This document shows, in pieces, positions 12,041 through 25,200 of a stretch of 64,000 nt of DNA. Under the pieces are notes generated by a model. The model searched no databases. It was not told the DNA's origin and saw only the letters and a program-made list of their open reading frames with translations. Source of the stretch: Eledone cirrhosa (Eukaryota); contig OZ024744.1 in the NCBI GenBank assembly GCA_964016885.1, forward strand, positions 128,216,001 to 128,280,000. The letters run 5' to 3'. Numbering within the stretch: position 1 is the stretch's first letter; each line of letters opens with the position of its first letter. A program made the translations under genes and the position numbers.

Positions 12041-13699
12041 TTAAGTTAATTTGCGGTTAAGTTAGGTTGTGGGTTAAGTTAAGTTGGGGGTAAGTTAAGT
12101 TGGGGGTAAGTTAAGTTGGGGTTAAATTAAGTTGGGGTTAAGTTAAGTTGGGGTTAAGCTAAGTTGGGGTTAAGTTAAGTTGGGGTTAAGTTAAGTTGGC
12201 GTTAAGTTAAGTTGGGGTAAAGTTAAGTTGGGGTTAAGTTAAGTTGGGGTTAAGTTAAGTTGGGGTTAAGTTAAGTTGGGGTTAAGTTAAGTTGGGGTTA
12301 AGTCAAGTTGGGGTTAAGTCAAGTTGGGGTTAAGTCAAGTTGGGGTTAAGTTAAGTTGGGGTTAAGTTAAGTTGGGGGTAAGTTAAGTTGGGTGTAAGTT
12401 AAGTTGGGGTTAAGTTAAGTTGTAGTTAAGTTCAGTTGGGGTTAAGTTAAGTTGGGGTTGAGTTAAGTTGGGGTTGAGTTAAGTTGGGGTTAAGTTAAGT
12501 TGGGGTTAAGTTAAGTTGGGGTTAAGTTAAGTTGGGGTTAAGTTAAGTTGGGGTTAAGTTAAGTTGGGGTTAAGTTAAGTTGGGGTTAAGTTAAGTTAGG
12601 GTTAATTTCAGTTGGGGTTATGTTAAGTTGGGGTTAAGTTAAGTTGGGGTTAAGTTAAAGTTGGGGTTAAGTTAAGTTGGGGTAAAGTTAAGTTAGGGTT
12701 AAGTTAAGTTGGGGTTAAGTTAAGTTGGGGTTAAATTAAGTTGGGGTTAAGTTAAGTTGGGGTTAAGTTGGGGTTAAATTAAGTTGGGGTTCAGTTAAGT
12801 TGGGGTTAAATTAAGTTGGGGTTAAGTTAAGTTGGGGTTAGTTAAGTTGGGGTTAAGTTAAGTTGGGGTTAAGTTAAGTTGGGGTTAAGTTAAGTTGGCG
12901 TTAAGTTAAGTTGGGGTTAAGTTAAGTTGGGGTTAAGTTAAGTTGGGGTTAAGGTAAGTTGGGGTTATGTTAAGTTGGGGTTAAGTTAAGTTGGGGCTAA
13001 GTCAAGTTGGGGTTAAGTCAAGTTGAGGTTAACTTAAGTTGGGGCTAAGTTAAGTTGGGGTTAAGTTAAGTTGGGGTTAAGTTAAGTTGGGGTTAAGGTA
13101 AGTTGGGGTTATGTTAAGTTGGGGCTAAGTTAAGTTGGGGCTAAGTTAAGTTGGGGCTGAGTTAAGTTGGGGTTAAGTTAAGTTGGGGTTGAGTTAAGTT
13201 GGGGTTAAGTTAAGTTGGGATTAAGTTAAGTTGGGGTTAAGTTAAGTTGGGGTTAAGATAAGTTGGGGTTAAGATAAGTTGGGGTTAAGTTAAGTTGGGG
13301 TTAAGTTAAGTTGGGGTTGAGTTAATTTGGGGTTAAGTTAAGTTGGGGTTAACTTAAGTTGGGGTTAAGTTGGGGTTAAGTTAAGTTGGGGATAGGTTAA
13401 GTTGGGGGCAAGTTAAGTTGGGGTTAAGTTAAGTTGGGGTTAAGTTAAGTTGGGTTTAAGTTAAGTTGGGGCTAAGTTAAGTTGGGGCTAAGTTAAGTTG
13501 GGGCTGAGTTAAGTTGGGGGTAAGTTAAGTTGGGTGTAAGTTAAGTTGGGGTTCAGTTCAGTTGGGGTTAAGTTAAGTTGGGGTTAAGTTAAGTTGGGGT
13601 TAAGTTAAGTTGGGGTTAAGTTAAGTTGGGGTTAAGTTAAGTTGGGGTTGAGTTAAGTTGGGGTTGAGTTAAGTTGGGGTTAAGTTAAGTTGGGGTTAA

Positions 13700-16600
13700 G
13701 TTAAGTTGGGGTTAAGTTAAGTTGGGGTTAATTTAAGTTGGGGGTAAGTTAAGTTTGGGGTAAGTTAAGTTGGGGGCAAGTTAAGTTGGGGTTAAGTTAA
13801 GTTGGGGTTAAGTTAAGTTGGGGTTAAGTTAAGTTAGGGTTAATTTCAGTTGGGGTTAAGTTAAGTTGGGGTTAAGTTAAGTTAGGGTTAATTTAAGTTG
13901 GGGTTATGTTAAGTTGGTGTTAAGTTAAGTTGGGGTTAAGTTAAGTTGGTGTTAAGTAAAGTTGGGGTTAAGTTAAGTTGTGGGTTAAGTTAAGTTGGGG
14001 TTAAGTTAAGTTGGGGTTAAGTTAAGTTGGTGTTAAGTAAAGTTGGGCTTAAGTTAAGTTGGGTTTGAGTTAAGTTGGGGCTAAGTTAAGTTAGGGCTAA
14101 GTAAGTTGGGGTTAAGTTAAGTTGGGGCTAGGTTAAGTTGGGTCTAATTTAAGTTGGGGTTAAGTTAAGTTGGGGTTAAGTTAAGTTGGGGTTAAATTAA
14201 GTTGGGGTTAAGTTAAGTTGGGCTTAAGCTAAGTTGGAGTTAAGTTAATTTGCGGTTAAGTTAGGTTGTGGGTTAAGTTAAGTTGGGGGTAAGTTAAGTT
14301 GGGGGTAAGTTAAGTTGGGGTTAAGTTAAGTTGGGGTTAAGTTAAGTTGGGGTTAAGTTAAGTTGGGGTTAAGTTAAGTTGGGGTTAAGTTAAGTTGGCG
14401 TTAAGTTAAGTTGGGGTAAAGTTAAGTTGGGGTTAAGTTAAGTTGGGGTTAAGTTAAGTTGGGGTTAAGTTAAGTTGGGGTTAAGTTAAGTTGGGGTTAA
14501 GTCAAGTTGGGGTTAAGTCAAGTTGGGGTTGAGTCAAGTTGGGGTTAAGTTAAGTTGGGGTTAAGTTAAGTTGGGGGTAAGTTAAGTTGGGTGTAATTTA
14601 AGTTGGGGTTAAGTTAAGTTGTGGTTAAGTTCAGTTGGGGTTAAGTTAAGTTGGGGTTAAGTTAAGCTGGGGGTAAGTTAAGTTGGGTGTAAGTTAAGTT
14701 GGGGTTAAGTTAAGTTGGGGTTAAGTTAAGTTGGGGTTAAATTAAGTTGGGATTAAGTTAAGTTGGGGTTATGTTAAGTTGGGGTTAAGTTAAGTTGGGG
14801 GTAAGATAAGTTGGGGTTAAGTTAAGTTGAGGTTAAGTTAAGTTGGAGTTAAGTTAAGTTGGGGTTAAGCTAAGTTGGGGTTAAGTTAATTTGCGGTTAA
14901 GTTAGGTTGTGGGTTAAGTTAAGTTGGGGTTAAGTTAAGCTGGGGTTAAGTTGGGGTAAGTTAAGTTGGGGGCAAGTTAAGTTGGGGTTAAGTTAATTTG
15001 GGGTTAAGTTAAGTTGGGGTTAAGTTAAGTTGGGGTTAAGTTAAGTTGGGGTTGAGTTAAGTTGGGGTTGAGTTAAGTTGGGGTTAAGTTAAGTTGGGGT
15101 TAAGTTAAGTTGGGGTTAAGTTAAGTTGGGGTTAAGTTAAGTTGGGGTTAAGTTAAGTTGGGGTTAAGTTAAGTTGGGGTTAAGTTAAGTTAGGGTTAAT
15201 TTCAGTTGGGGTTAAGTTAAGTTGGGGTTAAGTTAAAGTTGGGGTTAAGTTAAGTTGGGGTAAAGTTAAGTTAGGGTTAAGTTAAGTTGGGGTTAAGTTA
15301 AGTTGGGGTTAAATTAAGTTGGGGTTAAGTTAAGTTGGGGTTAAGTTGGGGTTAAATTAAGTTGGGGTTCAGTTAAGTTGGGGTTAAATTAAGTTGGGGT
15401 TAAGTTAAGTTGGGGTTAGTTAAGTTGGGGTTAAGTTAAGTTGGGGTTAAGTTAAGTTGGGGTTAAGTTAAGTTGGGGTTAAATTAAGTTGGCATTAAGT
15501 TAAGTTGGGGTTAAGTTAAGTTGGGGTTAAATTAAGTTGGGGTTAAGTTAAGTTGGGGTTAATTTAAGTTGGGGTTAAGTTAAGTTGGGGTTAAGTTAAG
15601 TTGGAGTTAAGTCAAGTTGGGGTTAAGTCAAGTTGGGGTTAAGTCAAGTTGGGGTTAAGTCAAGTTGGGGTTGAGTTAAGTTGGGGTTAAGTTAAGTTGG
15701 GGTTAAGTTAAGTTGGGGTTAAGTTAAGTTTGAGTTAAGTTAAGTTGGAGTTAAGTTAAGTTGGGGTTAAGCTAAGTTGGGGTTCAGTTAAGTTGGGGGT
15801 AAGTTAAGTTGGGGTTAAGTTAAGTTGGGGTTAAGTTAAGTTGGGGTTAAGTTAAGTTGGGGTTAAGTTAAGTTGGAGTTAAGTTAAGTTGGAGTTAAGT
15901 TAAGTTGGGGTTAAGTTAAGTTGGGGTTAAGCTAAGTTGGGGTTCAGTTAAGTTGGGGTTAAGTTAATTTGGGGCTGAGTTAAGTTGGGGTTAAGTTAAG
16001 TTCGGGTTGAGTTAAGTTGGGGTTAAGTTAAGTTGGGGTTGAGTTAAGTTGGGGTTAAGTTAAGTTCGGGTTGAGTTAAGTTGGGGTTAAATTAAGTTGG
16101 GGTTAAGTTAAGTTGGGGTTAAGTTAAGTTGGGGTTAAGATAAGTTGGGGTTAAGTTAAGTTGGGGTTAATTTAAGTTGGGGTTGAGTTAATTTGGGTTT
16201 AAGTTAAGTTGGGCTTAACTTAAGTTGGGGTTAAGTTGGGGTTAAGTTAAGTTGGGGTTAAGTTAAGTTGGGGTTAAGTTAAGTTGGGGGTAAGTTAAGT
16301 AGGGGGCAAGTTAAGTTGGGGTTAATTTAAGTTGGGGTTAAGTTAAGTTGGGGTTATCTTAAGTTGGGGTTAATTTAAGTTGGGGTTAAGTTAAGTTGGG
16401 GGTAACTTAAGTTGAGGGTAAGTTAAGTTGAGGGTAAGTTAAGTTGAGGGTAAGTTAAGTTGGGGGTAAGTTAAGTTGGGGGTAAGTTAAGTTGGGGTTA
16501 AGTTAAGTTGGGGTTAAATTAAGTTGAGGTTAAGTTAATTTGGGGTTAAGTTAAGTTGGGGGTAAGATAAGTTGGGGCTAAGTTAACTTGGGGCTAAGTC

Positions 16601-19600
16601 AAGTTGGGGTTAAGTCAAGTTGAGGTTAACTTAAGTTGGGGTTAAGTTAAGTTGGGGTTAAGTTAAGTTGGGGTTAAGGTAAGTTGGGGTTAAGTTAAGT
16701 TGGGGCTAAATTAAGTTGGGGCTAAGTTAAGTTGGGGTTAATTTAAGTTGGGGTTAAGTTAAGTTGGGGTTAAGATAAGTTGGGGTTAAGTTAAGTTGGG
16801 GTTAAGTTAAGTTGGGGTTGAGTTAATTTGGGGTTAAGTTAAGTTGGGGTTAACTTAAGTTGGGGTTAAGTTAAGTTGGGGTTAAGTTAAGTTGGGGGTA
16901 AGTTAAGTTGGGGTTGAGTTAAGTTGGGGTTAAGTTAAGTTGGGGTTAAGTTAAGTTGGGGTTAAGTTAAGTTGGGGTTAATTTAAGTTGGGGGTAAGTT
17001 AAGTTGGGGGTAAGTTAAGTTGGGGGCAAGTTAAGTTGGGGTTAAGTTAAGTTGGGGTTAAGTTAAGTTGGGGTTAAGTTAAGTTAGGGTTAATTTCAGT
17101 TGGGGTTAAGTTAAGTTGGGGTTAAGTTAAGTTAGGGTTAAGTTAAGTTGGTGTTAAGTAAAGTTGGGGTTAAGTTAAGTTGTGGGTTAAGTTAAGTTGG
17201 GGTTAAGTTAAGTTGGGGTTAAGTTAAGTTGGTGTTAAGTAAAGTTGGGCTTAAGTTAAGTTGGGTTTGAGTTAAGTTGGGGCTAAGTTAAGTTAGGGCT
17301 AAGTTAAGTTGGGGTTAAGTTAAGTTGGGGCTAGGTTAAGTTGGGTCTAATTTAAGTTGGGGTTAAGTTAAGTTGGGGTTAAGTTAAGTTGGGGTTAAAT
17401 TAAGTTGGGGTTAAGTTAAGTTGGGCTTAAGCTAAGTTGGGGTTAAGTTAATTTGCGGTTAAGTTAGGTTGTGGGTTAAGTTAAGTTGGGGGTAAGTTAA
17501 GTTGGGGGTAAGTTAAGTTGGGGTTAAATTAAGTTGGGGTTAAGTTAAGTTGGGGTTAAGTTAAGTTGGGGTTAAGTTAAGTTGGGGTTAAGTTAAGTTG
17601 GCGTTAAGTTAAGTTGGGGTAAAGTTAAGTTGGGGTTAAGTTAAGTTGGGGTTAAGTTAAGTTGGGGTTAAGTCAAGTTGGGGTTAAGTCAAGTTGGGGT
17701 TAAGTCAAGTTGGGGTTAAGTTAAGTTGGGGTTAAGTTAAGTTGGGGGTAAGTTAAGTTGGGTGTAAGTTAAGTTGGGGTTAAGTTAAGTTGTGGTTAAG
17801 TTCAGTTGGGGTTAAGTTAAGTTTGGGTTAAGTTAAGCTGGGGGTAAGTTAAGTTGGGTGTAAGTTAAGTTGGGGTTAAGTTAAGTTGGGGTTAAGTTAA
17901 GTTGGGGTTAAATTAAGTTGGGGTTAAGTTAAGTTGGGGTTATGTTAAGTTGGGGTTAATTTAAGTTGGGGTTAAGATAAGTTGGGGTTAAGTTAAGTTG
18001 AGGTTAAGTTAAGTTGGAGTTAAGTTAAGTTGGGGTTAAGCTAAGTTGGGGTTAAGTTAATTTGCGGTTAAGTTAGGTTGTGGGTTAAGTTAAGTTGGGG
18101 TTAAGTTAAGCTGGGGTTAAGTTGGGGTAAGTTAAGTTGGGGGCAAGTTAAGTTGGGGTTAAGTTAATTTGGGGTTAAGTTTAGTTGGGGTTAAGTTAAG
18201 TTGGGGTTAAGTTAAGTTGGGGTTGAGTTAAGTTGGGGTTGAGTTAAGTTGGGGTTAAGTTAAGTTGGGGTTAAGTTAAGTTGGGGTTAAGTTAAGTTGG
18301 GGTTAAGTTAAGTTGGGGTTAAGTTAAGTTAGGGTTAATTTCAGTTGGGGTTATGTTAAGTTGGGGTTAAGTTAAGTTGGGGTTAAGTTAAAGTTGGGGT
18401 TAAGTTAAGTTGGGGTAAAGTTAAGTTAGGGTTAAGTTAAGTTGGGGTTAAGTTAAGTTGGGGTTAAATTAAGTTGGGGTTAAGTTAAGTTGGGGTTAAG
18501 TTGGGGTTAAATTAAGTTGGGGTTCAGTTAAGTTGGGGTTAAATTAAGTTGGGGTTAAGTTAAGTTGGGGTTAGTTAAGTTGGGGTTAAGTTAAGTTGGG
18601 GTTAAGTTAAGTTGGGGTTAAGTTAAGTTGGGGTTAAGTTAAGTTGGCGTTAAGTTAAGTTGGGGTTAAGTTAAGTTGGGGTTAAATTAAGTTGGGGTTA
18701 AGTTAAGTTGGGGTTAATTTAAGTTGGGGTTAAGTTAAGTTGGGGTTAAGTTAAGTTGGAGTTAAGTCAAGTTGGGGTTAAGTCAAGTTGGGGTTAAGTC
18801 AAGTTGGGGTTAAGTCAAGTTGGGGTTGAGTTAAGTAGGGGTTAAGTTAAGTTGGGGTTAAGTTAAGTTGGGGTTAAGTTAAGTTGGAGTTAAGTTAAGT
18901 TGGAGTTAAGTTAAGTTGGGGTTAAGCTAAGTTGGGGTTCAGTTAAGTTGGGGGTAAGTTAAGTTGGGGTTAAGTTAAGTTGGGGTTAAGTTAAGTTGGG
19001 GTTAAGTTAAGTTGGAGTTAAGTTAAGTTGGAGTTAAGTTAAGTTGGGGTTAAGTTAAGTTGGGGTTAAGCTAAGTTGGGGTTCAGTTAAGTTGGGGTTA
19101 AGTTAATTTGGGGCTGAGTTAAGTTGGGGTTAAGTTAAGTTCGGGTTGAGTTAAGTTGGGGTTAAGTTAAGTTGGGGTTAAGTTAAGTTGGGGTTAAGTT
19201 AAGTTGGGGTTAAGATAAGTTGGGGTTAAGTTAATTTGGGGTTAATTTAAGTTGGGGTTGAGTTAAGTTGGGGTTAAGTTAAGTTCGGGTTGAGTTAAGT
19301 TGGGGTTAAGTTAAGTTGGGGTTAAGTTAAGTTGGGGTTAAGTTAAGTTGGGGTTAAGATAAGTTGGGGTTAAGTTAAGTTGGGGTTAATTTAAGTTGGG
19401 GTTGAGTTAATTTGGGTTTAAGTTAAGTTGGGCTTAACTTAAGTTGGGGTTAAGTTGGGGTTAAGTTAAGTTGGGGTTAAGTTAAGTTGGGGTTAAGTTA
19501 AGTTGGGGGTAAGTTAAGTAGGGGGCAAGTTAAGTTGGGGTTAATTTAAGTTGGGGTTAAGTTAAGTTGGGGTTATCTTAAGTTGGGGTTAATTTAAGTT

Positions 19601-20900
19601 GGGGTTAAGTTAAGTTGGGGGTAACTTAAGTTGAGGGTAAGTTAAGTTGAGGGTAAGTTAAGTTGAGGGTAAGTTAAGTTGGGGTTAAGTTAAGTTGGGG
19701 GTAAGTTAAGTTGGGGGTAAGTTAAGTTGGGGTTAAGTTAAGTTGGGGTTAAATTAAGTTGAGGTTAAGTTAATTTGGGGTTAAGTTAAGTTGGGGTTAA
19801 GTTAAGTTGGGGGTAAGATAAGTTGGGGCTAAGTTAAGTTGGGGCTAAGTCAAGTTGGGGTTAAGTCAAGTTGAGGTTAACTTAAGTTGGGGTTAAGTTA
19901 AGTTGGGGTTAAGTTAAGTTGGGGTTAAGGTAAGTTGGGGTTAAGTTAAGTTGGGGCTAAGTTAAGTTGGGGCTAAGTTAAGTTGGGGCTGAGTTAAGTT
20001 GGGGTTAAGTTGGGGTTGAGTTAAGTTGGGGTTAAGTTAAGTTGGGATTAAGTTAAGTTGGGGTTAAGTTAAGTTCGGGTTGAGTTAAGTTGGGGTTAAG
20101 TTAAGTTGGGGTTAATTTAAGTTGGGGTTAAGTTAAGTTGGGGTTAAGATAAGTTGGGGTTAAGTTAAGTTGGGGTTAAGTTAAGTTGGGGTTGAGTTAA
20201 TTTGGGGTTAAGTTAAGTTGGGGTTAACTTAAGTTGGGGTTAAGTTAAGTTGGGGTTAAGTTAAGTTGGGGGTAAGTTAAGTTGGGGGCAAGTTGAGTTG
20301 GGGTTAAGTTAAGTTGGGGTTAAGTTAAGGTGGGGGTAAGTTAAGTTGGGGTTGAGTTAAGTTGGGGTTGAGTTAAGTTGGGGTTAAGTTAAGTTGGGGT
20401 TAAGTTAAGTTGGGGTTAAGTTAAGTTGGGGTTAATTTAAGTTGGGGGTAAGTTAAGTTGGGGGTAAGTTAAGTTGGGGGCAAGTTAAGTTGGGGTTAAG
20501 TTAAGTTGGGGTTAAGTTAAGTTGGGGTTAAGTTAAGTTAGGGTTAATTTCAGTTGGGGTTAAGTTAAGTTGGGGTTAAGTTAAGTTAGGGTTAATTTAA
20601 GTTGGGGTTATGTTAAGTTGGGGTTAAGTTAAGTTGGGGTTAAGTTAAGTTGGTGTTAAGTAAAGTTGGGGTTAAGTTAAGTTGTGGGTTAAGTTAAGTT
20701 GGGGTTAAGTTAAGTTGGGGTTAAGTTAAGTTGGTGTTAAGTAAAGTTGGGCTTAAGTTAAGTTGGGTTTGAGTGAAGTTGGGGCTAAGTTAAGTTAGGG
20801 TTAAGTTAAGTTGGGGTTAAATTAAGTTGGGGTTAAGTTAAGTTGGGCTTAAGCTAAGTTGGGGTTAAGTTAATTTGCGGTTAAGTTAGGTTGTGGGTTA
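13700..20900 (+). repeat. Tandem higher-order duplication, period ~3.2 kb
   Basis: TTATCTT 16354/19573 and the A of GTAGGGGGC 16301/19520 (offset 3219); GCGG landmark 14252/17455 (3203) and 14893/18064 (3171). Offsets differ by multiples of 16. Confidence 0.82.
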
Positions 20901-22234
20901 AGTTAAGTTGGGGGTAAGTTAAGTTGGGGGTAAGTTAAGTTGGGGTTAAATTAAGTTGGGGTTAAGTTAAGTTGGGGTTAAGTTAAGTTGGGGTTAAGTT
21001 AAGTTGGGGTTAAGTTAAGTTGGGGTTAAGTTAAGTTGTGGGTTAAGTTAAGTTGGGGTTAAGTTAAGTTGGGGTTAAGTTAAGTTGGTGTTAAGTAAAG
21101 TTGGGCTTAAGTTAAGTTGGGTTTGAGTTAAGTTGGGGCTAAGTTAAGTTAGGGCTAAGTTAAGTTGGGGTTAAGTTAAGTTGGGGCTAGGTTAAGTTGG
21201 GTCTAATTTAAGTTGGGGTTAAGTTAAGTTGGGGTTAAGTTAAGTTGGGGTTAAATTAAGTTGGGGTTAAGTAAAGTTGGGCTTAAGTTAAGTTGGGTTT
21301 GAGTTAAGTTGGGGCTAAGTTAAGTTAGGGCTAACTTAAGTTGGCGTTAAGTTAAGTTGGGGCTAGGTTAAGTTGGGTCTAATTTAAGTTGGGGTTAAGT
21401 TAAGTTGGGGTTAAGTTAAGTTGGGGTTAAGTTAAGTTGGGGTTAAGTTAAGTTGGGGTTAAGTTAAGTTGGGGTTAAGTTAAGTTGGCGTTAAGTTAAG
21501 TTGGGGTAAAGTTAAGTTGGGGTTAAGTTAAGTTGGGGTTAAGTTAAGTTGGGGTTAAGTTAAGTTGGGGTTAAGTTAAGTTGGGCTTAAGTCAAGTTGG
21601 GGTTAAGTCAAGTTGGGGTTAAGTCAAGTTGGGGTTAAGTTAAGTTGGGGTTAAGTTAAGTTGGGGGTAAGTTAAGTTGGGTGTAAGTTAAGTTGGGGTT
21701 AAGTTAAGTTGGGGTTAAATTAAGTTGGGGTTAAGTTAAGTTGGGGTTATGTTAAGTTGGGGTTAAGTTAAGTTGGGGTTAAGATAAGTTGGGGTTAAGT
21801 TAAGTTGAGGTTAAGTTAAGTTGGAGTTAAGTTAAGTTGGGGTTAAGCTAAGTTGGGGTTAAGTTAATTTGCGGTTCAGTTAGGTTGTGGGTTAAGTTAA
21901 GTTGGGGTTAAGTTAAGCTGGGGTTAAGTTGGGGTAAGTTAAGTTGGGGGCAAGTTAAGTTGGGGTTAAGTTAATTTGGGGTTAAGTTAAGTTGGGGTTA
22001 AGTTAAGTTGGGGTTAAGTTAAGTTGGGGTTGAGTTAAGTTGGGGTTGAGTTAAGTTGGGGTTAAGTTAAGTTGGGGTTAAGTTAAGTTGGGGTTAAGTT
22101 AAGTTGGGGTTAAGTTAAGTTGGGGTTAAGTTAAGTTAGGGTTAATTTCAGTTGGGGTTATGTTAAGTTGGGGTGAAGTTAAGTGGGGTTAAGTTAAAGT
22201 TGGGGTTAAGTTAAGTTGGGGTAAAGTTAAGTTA

Positions 22235-25200
22235 GGGTTAAGTTAAGTTGGGGTTAAGTTAAGTTGGGGTTAAATTAAGTTGGGGTTAAGTTAAGTTGGG
22301 GTTAAGTTGGGGTTAAATTAAGTTGGGGTTCAGTTAAGTTGGGGTTAAATTAAGTTGGGGTTAAGTTAAGTTGGGGTTAGTTAAGTTGGGGTTAAGTTAA
22401 GTTGGGGTTAAGTTAAGTTGGGGTTAATTTAAGTTGGGGGTAAGTTAAGTTGGGGGTAAGTTAAGTTGGGGGCAAGTTAAGTTGGGGTTAAGTTAAGTTG
22501 GGGTTAAGTTAAGTTAGGGTTAATTTCAGTTGGGGTTAAGTTAAGTTGGGGTTAAGTTAAGTTAGGGTTAATTTAAGTTGGGGTTATGTTAAGTTGGGGT
22601 TAAGTTAAGTTGGGGTTAAGTTAAGTTGGTGTTAAGTAAAGTTGGGGTTAAGTTAAGTTGTGGGTTAAGTTAAGTTGGGGTTAAGTTAAGTTGGGGTTAA
22701 GTTAAGTTGGTGTTAAGTAAAGTTGGGCTTAAGTTAAGTTGGGTTTGAGTTAAGTTGGGGCTAGGTTAAGTTGGGTCTAATTTAAGTTGGGGTTAAGTTA
22801 AGTTGGGGTTAAGTTAAGTTGGGGTTAAATTAAGTTGGGGCTAAGTTAAGTTGGGGCTAAGTCAAGTTTGGGATAAGTCAAGTTGAGGTTAACTTAAGTT
22901 GGGGTTAAGTTAATTTGCGGTTAAGTTAGGTTGTGGGTTAAGTTAAGTTGGGGGTAAGTTAAGTTGGGGTTAAGTTAAGTTGGGGTTAAGTTAAGTTGGG
23001 GTTAAGTTAAGTTAGGGTTAATTTCAGTTGGGGTTATGTTAAGTTGGGGTTAAGTTAAGTTGGGGTTAAGTTAAAGTTGGGGTTAAGTTAAGTTGGGGTA
23101 AAGTTAAGTTAGGGTTAAGTTAAGTTGGGGTTAAGTTAAGTTGGGGTTAAATTAAGTTGGGGTTAAGTTAAGTTGGGGTTAAGTTAAGTTGGGGTTAAAT
23201 TAAGTTGGGGTTCAGTTAAGTTGGGGTTAAATTAAGTTGGGGTTAAGTTAAGTTGGGGTTAGTTAAGTTGGGGTTAAGTTAAGTTGGGGTTAAGTTAAGT
23301 TGGGGTTAAGTTAAGTTGGGGTTAAGTTAAGTTGGCGTTAAGTTAAGTTGGGGTTAAGTTAAGTTGGGGTTAATTTAAGTTGGGGTTAAGTTAAGTTGGG
23401 GTTAAGTTAAGTTGGAGTTAAGTCAAGTTGGGGTTAAATCAAGTTGGGGTTAAGTCAAGTTGGGGTTAAGTCAAGTTGGGGTTAAGTTAAGTTGGGGTTA
23501 AGTTAAGTTGGGGTTAAGTTAAGTTGGGGGTAAGTTAAGTTGGGGTTAAGTTAAGTTGGGGTTCAGTTCAGTTGGGATTAAGTTAAGTTGGGGTTAAGTT
23601 AAGCTGGGGGTAAGTTAAGTTGGGTGTAAGTTAAGTTGGGGTTAATTTAAGTTGGGGTTAAGTTAAGCTGGGGGTAAGTTAAGTTGGGTGTAAGTTAAGT
23701 CGGGGTTAAATTAAGTTGGGGTTAAGTTAAGTTGGGGTTATGTTAAGTTGGGGTTAAGTTAAGTTGGGGTTAAGTTAAGTTGGGGGTAAGTTAAGTTGGG
23801 GTTAAGTTAAGTTGGGGGTAAGTTAAGTTGAGGGTAAGTTAAGTTGGGGTTCAGTTAAGTTGGGGTTAAATTAAGTTGGGGGTAAGTTAAGTTGGGGGTA
23901 AGTTAAGTTGGGGTTAAGTTAAGTTGGGGTTAAATTAAGTTGAGGTTAAGTTAAGTTGGGGTTAAGTTAAATTGGGGTTAATTTAAGTTGGGGGTAAGAT
24001 AAGTTGGGGCTAAGTTAAGTTGGGGCTAAGTCAAATTGGGGTTAAGTCAAGTTGAGGTTAACTTAAGTTGGGGTTATGTTAAGTTGGGGCTAAGTTAAGT
24101 TGGGGCTAAGTTAAGTTGGGGCTGAGTTAAGTTGGGGTTAAGTTAAGTTGGGGTTGAGTTAAGTTGGGGTTAAGTTAAGTTGGGATTAAGTTAAGTTGGG
24201 GTTAAGTTAAGTTGGGGGTAAGTTAAGTTGGGGCTAAGTTAAGTTGGGACTAAGTCAAGTTGGGGTTAAGTTAAGTTGAGGTTAACTTAAGTTGGGGTTA
24301 AGTTAAGTTGGGGTTAAGTTAAGTTGGGGTTAAATTAAGTTGGGGTTAAGTTAAGTTGGGGTTAAGTTGGGGTTAAATTAAGTTGGGGTTCAGTTAAGTT
24401 GGGGTTAAATTAAGTTGGGGTTAAGTTAAGTTGGGGTTAGTTAAGTTGGGGTTAAGTTAAGTTGGGGTTAAGTTAAGTTGGGGTTAATTTAAGTTGGGGG
24501 TAAGTTAAGTTGGGGGTAAGTTAAGTTGGGGGCAAGTTAAGTTGGGGTTAAGTTAAGTTGGGGTTAAGTTAAGTTAGGGTTAATTTCAGTTGGGGTTAAG
24601 TTAAGTTGGGGTTAAGTTAAGTTAGGGTTAATTTAAGTTGGGGTTATGTTAAGTTGGGGTTAAGTTAAGTTGGGGTTAAGTTAAGTTGGTGTTAAGTAAA
24701 GTTGGGGTTAAGTTAAGTTGTGGGTTAAGTTAAGTTGGGGTTAAGTTAAGTTGGGGTTAAGTTAAGTTGGTGTTAAGTAAAGTTGGGCTTAAGTTAAGTT
24801 GGGTTTGAGTTAAGTTGGGGCTAGGTTAAGTTGGGTCTAATTTAAGTTGGGGTTAAGTTAAGTTGGGGTTAAGTTAAGTTGGGGTTAAATTAAGTTGGGG
24901 CTAAGTTAAGTTGGGGCTAAGTCAAGTTTGGGATAAGTCAAGTTGAGGTTAACTTAAGTTGGGGTTAAGTTAATTTGCGGTTAAGTTAGGTTGTGGGTTA
25001 AGTTAAGTTGGGGGTAAGTTAAGTTGGGGTTAAGTTAAGTTGGGGTTAAGTTAAGTTGGGGTTAAGTTAAGTTAGGGTTAATTTCAGTTGGGGTTATGTT
25101 AAGTTGGGGTTAAGTTAAGTTGGGGTTAAGTTAAAGTTGGGGTTAAGTTAAGTTGGGGTAAAGTTAAGTTAGGGTTAAGTTAAGTTGGGGTTAAGTTAAG

